This document shows positions 28,106 to 37,433 of a DNA stretch of 64,000 nucleotides, one piece after another. The stretch lies in assembly GCA_041687495.1 (NCBI GenBank), contig JAWLBR010000003.1, positions 5,173 through 69,172 on the forward strand, in the 5' to 3' direction. The DNA is from Limnochordia bacterium. GTDB taxonomy: Bacteria > Bacillota > Limnochordia > DTU087 > JAAYGB01. Within the stretch, counting starts at the first letter, position 1. The number at the start of each line of letters is the position of its first letter. The notes beneath the pieces were generated by a model that saw only the letters and a program-made list of their open reading frames with translations, was not told the DNA's origin and did no database searches. Both the position numbers and the translations under genes were made by a program.

Positions 28106-29178
28106 TGTTTCCAGCTGATTGGTTTTTGGCTCGGATGAGCAGGCGAAATGACATAATTGTTCGGTGGGCAGTCACCAAAATCGAGAGAGAGTACAAGGAT
28201 GATGTGAGCCTGCTTCTGATGTACGGTTCATATGAAAACGGTACAGCTAACCCACTGTCGGATGTGGACTTGTACTTCATACCCAAGACCCAGCGTGCCT
28301 ACGAATTAAGCACGACTTTCATCGTGGAAGGGATCGGCTATGATCTGTTCCCAATGTCGTGGGAAAGGGTAGAAGGGTTGGCCGAGCTCAATGAACACCT
28401 CACCCCGTGCGTGGGTAACGTGAAGGTTTTGTACTGCAGCTCACAGGCCGATCGGGACAGGTTTGAGCAACTGCAGCACACCCTAAAGGTGAATCTGGCC
28501 AACAAAGGGTTTGTTTTGAACAAGGCCTCCGAAAGGCTGGACTCGGCGGTGGAACTGTACGGAAAGATGCACTTTGAAGAGGATCTTTCCCGACTAAGGA
28601 CAACCGCCGGGTATATAAGCATGTTTCTGGCTGATGCAGTTGCCTATGCCAACCACACTTACTTTATCCGTGGGCTTAAGAAGCAACTAGAGGATCTGGG
28701 AAACATGAAAAGTCTCCCAGATAGATTCCTGCACCTGTATCAGTCGGTGGTCAAGGCGCGCACTGATCACGAGTTAAGGCAGTCCTGCGGTGAAATGATT
28801 AGGACTACCAAGGCATTCTTGGCTGACAGTTTGCGGGAACTAGAAGTGAAGACCACTGAACCCGACTATCAAGCCTTGGCGGAGCTGTATCAGGAGATCA
28901 TTTCCACGTGGAATAAGATCCGGGTGGCTTGCGACTCAGAAGATGCCGTGTCAGCTTATCTATCAGGGACATGCCTTCAAGATGAGCTAGATACAGTGAT
29001 CCCCGAGAACGATGGCCGATTTGACCTGATGGGTGCCTATGACGCGGCAAATCTAGGACAGTTTAAGGAGCGGGCTGCATTAGTACAGAAGGCGTTCGTC
29101 CAGCTGATCGAGCAGGGTGGCGGGAGCATCTTAGCGTATGACACAGTTGAGGATTTCCAAAACAAGATGGGGGAGTAA
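28105..29178 (+). CDS. Pol-beta-superfamily nucleotidyltransferase with a C-terminal helical domain (ANT/KNTase-like or CD-NTase-like; substrate unknown)
   Basis: 357 aa. The N-terminus contains the motif LLMYGSYENGTANPLSDVDLYFIP (G[SG]-x9-13-DxD). SD AGGAAGG 8 nt before the GTG. Confidence 0.75.
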   Translation: MFPADWFLARMSRRNDIIVRWAVTKIEREYKDDVSLLLMYGSYENGTANPLSDVDLYFIPKTQRAYELSTTFIVEGIGYDLFPMSWERVEGLAELNEHLTPCVGNVKVLYCSSQADRDRFEQLQHTLKVNLANKGFVLNKASERLDSAVELYGKMHFEEDLSRLRTTAGYISMFLADAVAYANHTYFIRGLKKQLEDLGNMKSLPDRFLHLYQSVVKARTDHELRQSCGEMIRTTKAFLADSLRELEVKTTEPDYQALAELYQEIISTWNKIRVACDSEDAVSAYLSGTCLQDELDTVIPENDGRFDLMGAYDAANLGQFKERAALVQKAFVQLIEQGGGSILAYDTVEDFQNKMGE

Positions 29179-29185
29179 AAGCAAT

Positions 29186-30232
29186 ATGAGCAGAGCAGAA
29201 GCCGTTAGGTTCAGGCAATGTACCCAGGAAGCTCCTGAGATCCTGCAGCAGCACTATGGATTACAACTGCGTAGCTTGGATAAGCTGGATCGAGGCAGCG
29301 CCCACGGCGTACTTAAGCTGGATACCTCCTCCGGGCGGTTTGTGCTGAAGTGGTACGATCCAGATATCGCCGACCTAGACACATTGACTCGGACCTTGAG
29401 GGGCAATCAACAGGCCGAGAGGCATGGAATCCCGGTGGCTCCAGCGATTCCAAACGTGAACAATGAGTTGGTGACGCCAGTTGCACGGGGCTGGTATGTA
29501 CTCTATCGGCACATTGAAGGGCGACTCTTGGACGAAGGCCTGTTTAATCAACGGTCGGCACAAAGCTTCGGCGCAACTATTGGAATGTTGCAGACGGCCA
29601 TGGCTGAACTGGATGAAAGGGATCTGGTGGGAGATTTTAACTGGGAGATGAGAGTTGATTGGGGTTACCGCTACCTACAGGGTAAGCTGGAAACAGCGGA
29701 AAGTAGTGCTGACCCCCGGGCTCAGATCGCCGCAGCGGCAATCCGCCGCCATTTGGAGACGTTTGTTAGCTGCACCGAGGCCATGGCTTCAGTGGAACGG
29801 TTGCCCGTACAGTGGGTTCACGGCGACTGCAACCCAGGGAACTTTCTGTTTGCCTCCGACGACACTGTTGCCGCCGTGCTTGATTTTGACAATGTTTCGA
29901 GGTTTCCCCAGGGATATGACTTTATGTACGGGTTAAACCAATCTTTCCGGGATTCCAGGCCGCTAGTCAGCCAATCTCTCAGTGCATACCTAAGCCAGAC
30001 AAAGCCAGTTCGGCAAGATGTTGTCGCGTACCCGAGCATGTGGCTCTATTGCAGCATGTTGAACATGTATCCAATGGATAATCAGGACGCCACTCCAGAG
30101 GATTACCAGAAGCATTGGGATGACTATCGAGCGGATGTTGGCTGGTGGGTCTCTCGCATTGATGAAATGTCCCGTTTCTTCGGTGCTGTTTATGACGAGT
30201 GGTTACGAAAGCAGCCCCCGGCGGCCCAGTGA
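29186..30232 (+). CDS. APH/CotS/choline-kinase-fold phosphotransferase
   Basis: About 349 aa. Brenner motif VHGDCNPGNFLF, then VLDFDNVSRF (DFD). SD GGGGAG before the ATG 29186. Overlaps/abuts the NTase gene, so operonic. Confidence 0.75.
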   Translation: MSRAEAVRFRQCTQEAPEILQQHYGLQLRSLDKLDRGSAHGVLKLDTSSGRFVLKWYDPDIADLDTLTRTLRGNQQAERHGIPVAPAIPNVNNELVTPVARGWYVLYRHIEGRLLDEGLFNQRSAQSFGATIGMLQTAMAELDERDLVGDFNWEMRVDWGYRYLQGKLETAESSADPRAQIAAAAIRRHLETFVSCTEAMASVERLPVQWVHGDCNPGNFLFASDDTVAAVLDFDNVSRFPQGYDFMYGLNQSFRDSRPLVSQSLSAYLSQTKPVRQDVVAYPSMWLYCSMLNMYPMDNQDATPEDYQKHWDDYRADVGWWVSRIDEMSRFFGAVYDEWLRKQPPAAQ

Positions 30233-30272
30233 GTGGTTGGCTGATGGCGCTGCGATGAGGAGAAAAGTAACT

Positions 30273-30306
30273 AAAGCCTCTGCGATGTGTTCATGGCGGA
30301 GGCTTT
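30273..30306 (+). terminator. Terminator after the 27641-30232 operon
   Basis: aaagcctc (30273-30280) pairs with gaggcttt (30299-30306), then GCTGTTTCC. Confidence 0.5.
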
Positions 30307-30499
30307 GCTGTTTCCCCGTACGGTGCTGCTCCAGGCCGATGGCCACAGCGTGGTGTGGGATAATTTTACGAAAGACCCAGCTGAAGAGGGACCGTTTTAG
30401 GTGCTATAATGAAAGAGGACGAGAAGGCGTAATTATTTGTTACAGTGCCTTTTTGAAGATGGCGCGCACCAAATTGGCATCATATAAGGAGAACGGTCA

Positions 30500-32341
30500 A
30501 TGCAAATACAAAACAATCCTAAAAAACCGTTGATTTACTACTACATTATTGCCATGAGTGTTGTCATGATCATGAACACCTTTATTTTCCCGTTGTTCTT
30601 GAAGGCACAGATCACGCAAGTGGACTATGGAACGTTCCTTAGGCTGATTGAGAGCGGAAAAGTTAGAAGTGTTGAGGTCCAAGACAAGCAGATTGGATTT
30701 GTGGCCGTTGACGATGAGGGAAAAGAGGGTTTGTACGTTACTGGCCGCATGGACGATCCGGAGTTGGCAAACCGCTTGTTGTCGGCCAAGGTCGACAGTT
30801 TCTCGCAGGTGATTCCGAGGGAAAACTCTCCTTTGGTCAACTTTCTCATCTCATGGGTTCTGCCGTTGGCCGTGTTCATCGGCTTGGGCCAGCTGTTTAT
30901 GAAGAAACTCCAAACCAAAATGGGCGGTATGGGCAACGCCATGACCTTTGGTAAGAGCAATGCCAAAGTGTATGTTGAAGCTCAGACCGGGAAGACCTTC
31001 GCTGATGTGGCTGGCCAAGACGAAGCGAAAGAAGCGTTGCAGGAGATTGTGGATTTCCTCCACAGTCCGGAGAGATACAAGGAGATTGGGGCTAAAGTCC
31101 CCAAGGGTGTTTTGCTGGTGGGCCCTCCTGGAACAGGTAAGACTCTGTTGGCGAAGGCAGTAGCCGGTGAATCAAAGGTCCCATTCTTCTCCATTTCCGG
31201 TTCCGAGTTTGTAGAGATGTTTGTGGGTATGGGAGCTGCCCGGGTGAGGGATCTATTTAAGCAGGCTCAGGCTAAAGCCCCCTGCATCGTGTTCATCGAT
31301 GAGATTGACACCATCGGCAAGAGTCGCAACTCCGGTGGAGTCGGAGGCGGCAATGACGAGAGGGAGCAGACGCTCAACCAGCTGCTCACCGAAATGGATG
31401 GCTTTGACGCAGATACCGGTGTGGTAATCTTGGCTGCCACAAACAGACCTGAGACTTTGGACAAAGCACTGCTTAGGCCTGGAAGATTCGACCGTCGAGT
31501 TCCGGTAGAGCTGCCGGACCTGGCGGGACGGGAGGCCATCTTGCAGGTTCACTCCAAGAGGGTGAAGTTGGGTGGAGATATCGACTTTAATGCCATTGCC
31601 AGAGCTACCTCAGGAGCGTCAGGGGCAGATCTAGCCAACATCATCAATGAAGGGGCACTGCGTGCGGTGAAGCTCGGCCGTAAGTATGTCGTACAAAGTG
31701 ACCTGGAAGAGTCAGTTGAAGTTGTGATAGCTGGATACCAAAGAAAGAACGCGGTAATCTCGACGAAAGATAAGCTGACAATAGCCTATCATGAGATCGG
31801 TCACGCTTTAGTTGCTGCCAAACAGAGCCACTCGGCGCCGGTCCACAAGATCACCATCATCCCCAGGACATCTGGTGCTCTGGGGTATACAATGCAGGTT
31901 GATCAGGCAGAACAGGTCCTGATGGCCAAGGAGCATGCGCTGGACAAAATCACAACCTATATGGGTGGAAGAGCGGCAGAGGAAATCGTATTCAACACGG
32001 TGACTTCCGGCGCTGCCAACGACATCGAGCAAGCTACAAAGATTGCTCGGGCGATGGTCACCCGATTTGGCATGAGTGAAGAATTTGATATGATGGCTCT
32101 GGAAACGGTGAACAACCAGTATCTTGGTGGAGATGCCTCACTGCTAGTGTCCGCACAGACTGCCTCAAAGATCGATGCAGAGGTTCTGGGGATCATCAAG
32201 TCTTGCCACCGCAGGGCGGTTGAGATACTGGAGGAGAACAAGGATAAGTTGCATGAACTGGCTAAGTACCTGCTAGAAGAAGAGACGATTACCGGAGATG
32301 AGTTCATGGCGTTGCTGGCGCAGCATTCGAGTGTTGCGTAA
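30500..32341 (+). CDS. ftsH: ATP-dependent zinc metalloprotease FtsH
   Basis: 613 aa. N-terminal TM, AAA Walker [21 protein letters not shown], and the zinc site HEIGHAL. Extended -10 gTGcTATAAT at about 30399-30407. Confidence 0.95.
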   Translation: MQIQNNPKKPLIYYYIIAMSVVMIMNTFIFPLFLKAQITQVDYGTFLRLIESGKVRSVEVQDKQIGFVAVDDEGKEGLYVTGRMDDPELANRLLSAKVDSFSQVIPRENSPLVNFLISWVLPLAVFIGLGQLFMKKLQTKMGGMGNAMTFGKSNAKVYVEAQTGKTFADVAGQDEAKEALQEIVDFLHSPERYKEIGAKVPKGVLLVGPPGTGKTLLAKAVAGESKVPFFSISGSEFVEMFVGMGAARVRDLFKQAQAKAPCIVFIDEIDTIGKSRNSGGVGGGNDEREQTLNQLLTEMDGFDADTGVVILAATNRPETLDKALLRPGRFDRRVPVELPDLAGREAILQVHSKRVKLGGDIDFNAIARATSGASGADLANIINEGALRAVKLGRKYVVQSDLEESVEVVIAGYQRKNAVISTKDKLTIAYHEIGHALVAAKQSHSAPVHKITIIPRTSGALGYTMQVDQAEQVLMAKEHALDKITTYMGGRAAEEIVFNTVTSGAANDIEQATKIARAMVTRFGMSEEFDMMALETVNNQYLGGDASLLVSAQTASKIDAEVLGIIKSCHRRAVEILEENKDKLHELAKYLLEEETITGDEFMALLAQHSSVA

Positions 32342-32368
32342 GTAGTCCGCATATTTGCGCAGTGGAAA

Positions 32369-32402
32369 ACACCCCAGTGCCGAGGCGTCTGGGGTGTTTT
32401 GT
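32369..32402. terminator. Bidirectional intrinsic terminator (ftsH on plus, sulfatase on minus)
   Basis: acaccccag (32369-32377) pairs with ctggggtgt (32389-32397), flanked by an A-run and a T-run. Confidence 0.65.
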
Positions 32403-32449
32403 ATACCGTTGCTGAGAAAGCAGCCGTTTTAGGCTCTGGCAGCCTTCTG

Positions 32450-33991
32450 CTACTTCTGGAAGTCCTGCAGTTCGCCTGCGTAAGGGGCATGCTCGAACCT
32501 ACACGGCGTTTCGGTTAACCGAGGATCATTCTGCTCGGTGAGTACCGCAATTAGGTGCTGGTTGAGCTCTTGTTTCACATCTGCGTACTCTGGTTCTTCT
32601 GCCACATTGTTCATGTAGTATGGGTCCTTGCGCAGATCGTACAGCTCTTCACGGGGCCGCTTGTCGAAGCCTAACCTAAACAGCGACTCAACTTCCTCTT
32701 CATCCCGGTGATAGACCATCCAGGCTTTGGTGGGACTGGCGTCTAGGTCAGGGTAGGCAACAAAGGTATCCCACTGCAGTTCTTCATATGGCGGTGGGGT
32801 AGTATTTGGATCGTCTAGACCTTTAGGATCACCCATGGGCCAACGATCAGGCGCAAAGTTGATGATATACAAGAAGTCTTTAGTGCGAATCGCCCGCTGC
32901 GGATAGGGGAGTCCACCTTCTCGGGCAGTATGAACGTGCCGTTCCCGTCCGGTTACCACCCAGGTGCGCTCAGGGTCAACCTGTCCGCTTTTTTGACTTA
33001 ACAGGACCGGAAGCAAGCTGCGTGCGGTCATCGAATCAGGAATAGCTTCTCCGGCTGCCTCCATAAACGTCGGAGCCAGATCCATAATGTTAATGAAGTC
33101 ATCAACTACCCGCCCAGGCTTGATGTTTTTCGGCCAGCGCATGGCCAGGGCTACTTCGCAGCCGATGTTATATAGGTTGCACTTGGCTCGAGGCATTCCC
33201 GGAATTCCGTGGTCACCGCTGACTACCACCAGCGTGTTCTCCAGCTCTCCAATCTCCTCCAGCCGCTGCAGGATTACGCCCAATCCGGCATCAACTGCTT
33301 GGCACTCGCCCAGATAGTCAGCAAAGTCCTCCCGCACCTCGTGCACATCAGGCATAAAGGCAGGTAGGCGTCCCCTGAGGCTATCGGGTTCTATTCCCCA
33401 TAGGGCTTTGCCTGAGCCTTGTTCCCAGGTCCGGTGGGTGTTGGTCGGACCCCACCAATAGCAGAAGGGTTTGCCTTCCGGTCGAGACTCGATGAACTGA
33501 TCGAAGTTGTCGCGGACTTCGTCGAGGAGTTCCTGTTTGGCAGCTTCGACGCCAACGGTCTCCGCCCGCTCAGTGACGTAGTGGGAGAAGCGATTGAACT
33601 TCTGCCCACCCCGCGTATAGGCGGTTCGCAGAGCACCATAGGGTGCGTTCTGTGTTTTACCCGGGGCCCAGACCTTGTATGTATGGCCAATATGATATCC
33701 AGCCTTTTCTAGCTCTAGGGGATAGGTGGGGATGTTTTCGTCCCAACAGGCGCCCACCAAGATGGCGCCTAGGCCCGTTTGCCAGAAGTACTGTCCGGAC
33801 AGAACTGAGCTGCGGCAAGGAGTACAGGTCGGTGCCGGAATGAAAGCGTTGGTGAAGAGTGCTCCTTCTGTGGCGACGCGGTCAAAGTTCGGGGTGGAGA
33901 TCAGTTGGTTGATTGAGTTAGGACCCTCATGCTGTGCGTAGGCACTGGCGTAGCGACCCCAGTCGTCGGCAAAGGCAAAAACGATGTTCAC
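32450..33991 (-). CDS. Sulfatase (formylglycine-dependent arylsulfatase family), apparently cytoplasmic
   Basis: 513 aa with the CxPxR signature in PTCTPCRSSVLSG. There is no signal peptide (MNIVFAFADDWGRY...). GTG start with SD AAGGAG. Confidence 0.85.
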   Translation of the reverse strand: MNIVFAFADDWGRYASAYAQHEGPNSINQLISTPNFDRVATEGALFTNAFIPAPTCTPCRSSVLSGQYFWQTGLGAILVGACWDENIPTYPLELEKAGYHIGHTYKVWAPGKTQNAPYGALRTAYTRGGQKFNRFSHYVTERAETVGVEAAKQELLDEVRDNFDQFIESRPEGKPFCYWWGPTNTHRTWEQGSGKALWGIEPDSLRGRLPAFMPDVHEVREDFADYLGECQAVDAGLGVILQRLEEIGELENTLVVVSGDHGIPGMPRAKCNLYNIGCEVALAMRWPKNIKPGRVVDDFINIMDLAPTFMEAAGEAIPDSMTARSLLPVLLSQKSGQVDPERTWVVTGRERHVHTAREGGLPYPQRAIRTKDFLYIINFAPDRWPMGDPKGLDDPNTTPPPYEELQWDTFVAYPDLDASPTKAWMVYHRDEEEVESLFRLGFDKRPREELYDLRKDPYYMNNVAEEPEYADVKQELNQHLIAVLTEQNDPRLTETPCRFEHAPYAGELQDFQK

Positions 33992-34141
33992 AGTAGTCCG
34001 CTCCTTGTTTGTTCGGTTTACTGCCAGGGAGAAGTCAGCAGTATCTATCTAATATTGTTTTAGACTCTGTGGGAACAACTCCCTGCCTCCCTCGGGCTGT
34101 TTGGGATGGAAACTTGGCAGTGCAGTAAAGTAATGTCAAAT

Positions 34142-34173
34142 GCGGGAAGGAGCGACAACCGCTACCTCCCCGC
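34142..34173 (-). terminator. Stem-loop downstream of the M20 gene (minus strand)
   Basis: On the minus strand gcggggagg pairs with ccttcccgc (9-bp stem) with a 14-nt loop. The T-run is weak. Confidence 0.35.
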
Positions 34174-34202
34174 ATTCTTAGTACCCACTACGCAAGCTTC
34201 CC

Positions 34203-35867
34203 TTACTGGGCGTGGGCGTATCCATAGAACCAGCGATATCCTTCGGCCCCGTTATAGTAGGCTACCTTTAGTCGTTGGCCCGGCTCGAGCTTGGACGTTA
34301 GCTCAAAGGTGTATTCAGCGGTGGGAGCGGCTGTGAAGACATGCTCTCCCACAGGAGTTCCCGCCATAGTTGTGATCTCTAGTTTGTCTCCGACGGTCTC
34401 AATGAAGGTAGTTTGTGCTACTGCGAATTTTGCTGAACCAGAGGCAGCGTCGATGGTTACTCCTGGTGGCTCCGGATAGGCGACCTCAGGGATAAACGCT
34501 TTGCTCTCATAGGGAGGCATACCCTTCATTCGGTCTGCAAACTCTGCTTGTATCTGATCTAGCGCCTTTGGGTTGCTCAGAAGCTCGATGCCAAGTACGG
34601 CTAGTACCTTAGAAGCTTTGACCGCACCTTGCAGTCCGTAGACACGCCCGGATTGTAGACTCGATTCCTCCGAATGACCAGCGGTCCCAGGCACCCATGT
34701 GGCGACGTTAATAGTAGTCAATGGAGTCTGCCAGCTTACATCTCCAATTGGGTTAGAGCCAAAGCTCTGACTGCCTGTAGGATGGGTAATATCCGCAACG
34801 GGAACTCCGGTGATCCCAAGGGCCTCCATTTCAGCGACATCGGCTGCGGTGAAAGGTTGGGTCCCGACGAACTCTAGAGCGTCGATGGCAACTTCGGCGA
34901 GAGCTTTGTTTGGTACTTTATTGTAGATTCCGGAACTGAACCCTATGGACATTTCTGTTCGGGTGGCGAGGGCAGCTGCCTGCGCGATCTCGTCGATTCG
35001 TTCCCGTGCATAGGCGACGTCAGGATATTCTGGCCCACGAATGTAATAGCGGACGGCTGCAGTCTCAGGCACGATATTGGGCGCTTGGCCGCCGTCGGTG
35101 ATGACGTAATGTATCCGCATCTCCTGAATGAGGTGCTCCCTCAGGTAATTGACTGCGATGTTCATGAGCTCGACGGCATCGAGCGCACTTCGGCCCATCT
35201 CCGGTGCGGCTGAGGCGTGGGCAGCCTTACCCTGAAAGCGGTACTCTACGTGATCCATGGCCATGGTGCTACCGTATTCGGACGTGTTTTCGGAGTCCGC
35301 ATGGGTGGAAAATAGAACGTCCAGATCATCATAGTGTCCTTCCGAGGCGATTAGAGGAGCCACGTCCCAAACCTCTTCGGCTGGGTGGATGAACAGCTTA
35401 ATGGTTCCGGGAATCTGGTAGTCATTCATCACTGTCTTCAGCGCAATTGCGGCGCTGACTCCGGCAGCTGTATTGAGGTTGTGTCCGCAGCCGTGTCCGA
35501 CGCCAACGAGTGCATCAAAATCCTCAAAGATGCCGATGACGGGTTTCCCTGATCCCCACGAGGCCATGATGGCGGTAGGTACCTCTGCTACCGAGTGGGT
35601 AATCTGAAAGTCAGCGTCTTTTAGCACACCGGTGACCTTAGCATAAGATTGGTACTCGTCGAGGGCTGTTTCTGCATAGGACCACAAGCTAGAGGCAACA
35701 TCGATTGTTAACTGCTTATTCTCCTCAAGGTACTCCATAGCGGCCTGTTTAGCAAGATCAGCGACATTTTGATCTTGGGCGCTCACTCCCAAGGCCACAC
35801 TGAGAAGGCCAATCAGAACCAAGGCGATCATCGAGGTTTTCATTATGTTTTTCAAAACAGCATTCAT
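34203..35867 (-). CDS. M20D-family amidohydrolase/peptidase (aminoacylase/hippurate-hydrolase-like) with a signal peptide and a C-terminal extra domain
   Basis: HGCGHNLN metal-binding region. N-terminal MKTSMIALVLIGLLSVALGVSAQD. A ~150-aa C-terminal extension. The start is uncertain (ORF listed to 35939). Confidence 0.7.
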   Translation of the reverse strand: MNAVLKNIMKTSMIALVLIGLLSVALGVSAQDQNVADLAKQAAMEYLEENKQLTIDVASSLWSYAETALDEYQSYAKVTGVLKDADFQITHSVAEVPTAIMASWGSGKPVIGIFEDFDALVGVGHGCGHNLNTAAGVSAAIALKTVMNDYQIPGTIKLFIHPAEEVWDVAPLIASEGHYDDLDVLFSTHADSENTSEYGSTMAMDHVEYRFQGKAAHASAAPEMGRSALDAVELMNIAVNYLREHLIQEMRIHYVITDGGQAPNIVPETAAVRYYIRGPEYPDVAYARERIDEIAQAAALATRTEMSIGFSSGIYNKVPNKALAEVAIDALEFVGTQPFTAADVAEMEALGITGVPVADITHPTGSQSFGSNPIGDVSWQTPLTTINVATWVPGTAGHSEESSLQSGRVYGLQGAVKASKVLAVLGIELLSNPKALDQIQAEFADRMKGMPPYESKAFIPEVAYPEPPGVTIDAASGSAKFAVAQTTFIETVGDKLEITTMAGTPVGEHVFTAAPTAEYTFELTSKLEPGQRLKVAYYNGAEGYRWFYGYAHAQ

Positions 35868-36149
35868 CTCCTTGTTTTTTCTGCTTTGCATCACACCGAC
35901 TGACAACCTGCACCTATGTAGCCCCGTTCCGTTCTTCACCCGCCTTTGCTGGGATTAGTTTCCATAACGTACGTGGTGATAGTTCCATTAATGCATAAAT
36001 ATCCCTGCTTAGATTATAAAAATGCATATGTGAACTTTTCGTGTCCCGCAGAGAGCAATTTGATGGCGAGCAAGGTTCGCAGCGTCTGATCCGGGCGAGT
36101 CAGTACCGAGGGGCAGACATGGATCTGGTGGATAGGTGTAAGAGTTTGG

Positions 36150-36178
36150 TTGACAGGGTAAGCTAAGCGTATTAGTAT
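36150..36178 (+). promoter_or_regulatory. Promoter of the ars operon (TTGACA, 17-nt spacer, TAGTAT)
   Basis: ttgaca 36150-36155, tagtat 36173-36178. Confidence 0.45.
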
Positions 36179-36205
36179 ATAAGCAAGTGGTTAATTGCAA
36201 GCGAG

Positions 36206-36574
36206 GTGAGACAGATCACCAGATTAGTCGATCAGCTCAAGGCATTGGGGGACATGACCAGGATCAAGATCTTGAAGCTGCTCACCGGGCAAGAGTATTG
36301 CGTCTGTGAGTTAGCTGAGATTATTGGCATTAGTCAGCCGGGGATATCGCAGCATTTGCGCAAACTGAAAGTAGCCGGCTTTGTCATCGAACGTAAGGAG
36401 AGCCAATGGGTTTACTACAAGGCCGATGAGGAAGCGTTGCAGGCATTTCAACAGGCTTTTGGCGAGTTCTTGGCTGCAGATCTTGCTGGCGTTCCGGAGA
36501 TGACGGCCGAACTGAATCAGGTTAGGAACTTGGAGCAAAATCCTATCGTAGTAGCTTGTAAGTCCAGAAAATAG
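36206..36574 (+). CDS. arsR: ArsR-family metalloregulator
   Basis: [47 protein letters not shown] (HTH plus the CVC metal site). Start codon uncertain (GTG 36206 or ATG 36257). Confidence 0.8.
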   Translation: MRQITRLVDQLKALGDMTRIKILKLLTGQEYCVCELAEIIGISQPGISQHLRKLKVAGFVIERKESQWVYYKADEEALQAFQQAFGEFLAADLAGVPEMTAELNQVRNLEQNPIVVACKSRK

Positions 36575-36612
36575 CCGGGCCAAACAAAGACGGCAATTTG
36601 GAGGAGTCTACC

Positions 36613-37035
36613 GTGGAGAAAAGACCTGTTCGCGTAATGTTTCTGTGTACCGGGAATTCCTGCCGAAGTCAGATGGCCGATGGGTTGGCGAAGGCCTTAG
36701 GTGGAGCGCGACTGGAGGTCTACAGTGCTGGGTTGGAGGCTCACGGGATCAACCCTCGAGCTGTGGCGGTGCTGCAAGAAGTGGGAATTGATATCTCCCA
36801 CAACACTTCAGACATCATTGATCAGGAACTCCTGGGGAGTATGGACTATGCGATTACCCTCTGCTCCCATGCGGAGAAGCACTGCCCGCTGACACCGCCA
36901 TCGGTCAAACGGATGCACTGGGGGTTTGATGATCCCGCCAAGGCAACCGGGTCAGAGGACGAGATCATGGCCAAGTTCCGCGAAGTCCGAGATGGGATTA
37001 CGGAGAAAGTCAAGGAGTTCCTTGTTTCTCTTTAG
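36613..37035 (+). CDS. arsC: Arsenate reductase, thioredoxin-coupled LMW-PTP type
   Basis: [16 protein letters not shown]-loop. GTG start with SD GGAGGAG 6 nt upstream. Confidence 0.85.
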   Translation: MEKRPVRVMFLCTGNSCRSQMADGLAKALGGARLEVYSAGLEAHGINPRAVAVLQEVGIDISHNTSDIIDQELLGSMDYAITLCSHAEKHCPLTPPSVKRMHWGFDDPAKATGSEDEIMAKFREVRDGITEKVKEFLVSL

Positions 37036-37102
37036 GGCAACAAGGACCCTCCCTTTCGGGATAGGCCTTGCTACTTAGAGCATGAGAGAGGAGATGTAGA
37101 AG

Positions 37103-37336
37103 ATGAATGTTAAGGTTTTGGGTTCTGGATGCGCCAAGTGTAGAAAGCTGGAGGCATTGGTCAAAGAAGTAGTTCAGGAAAACGGTTTGGATGCTGTGGT
37201 AGAGAAGGTTACCGATGTAGCAGACATCATCGGCTATGGGGTGATGACTACTCCAGCCCTTGTGGTCGACGAGAAGGTTGTCGTCAGCGGGTCGGTGCCC
37301 AGTAAAGCAAAGCTTAAGGAACTGCTGGCTCAGTAG
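37103..37336 (+). CDS. Thioredoxin-fold small redox-active disulfide protein
   Basis: 77 aa, MNVKVLGSGCAKCRKLEALVKE (CxxC after beta1). Commonly paired with ArsP-type permeases. Confidence 0.7.
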   Translation: MNVKVLGSGCAKCRKLEALVKEVVQENGLDAVVEKVTDVADIIGYGVMTTPALVVDEKVVVSGSVPSKAKLKELLAQ

Positions 37337-37433
37337 TTCCCGCACGAGCAACCGTTGGCAGATACAGCAAACAGGGGATTAGTGGGTGCTGCAGTGAGAT
37401 GGCAGCACCCTTGCAGCGTAAGGAGATGATCTT

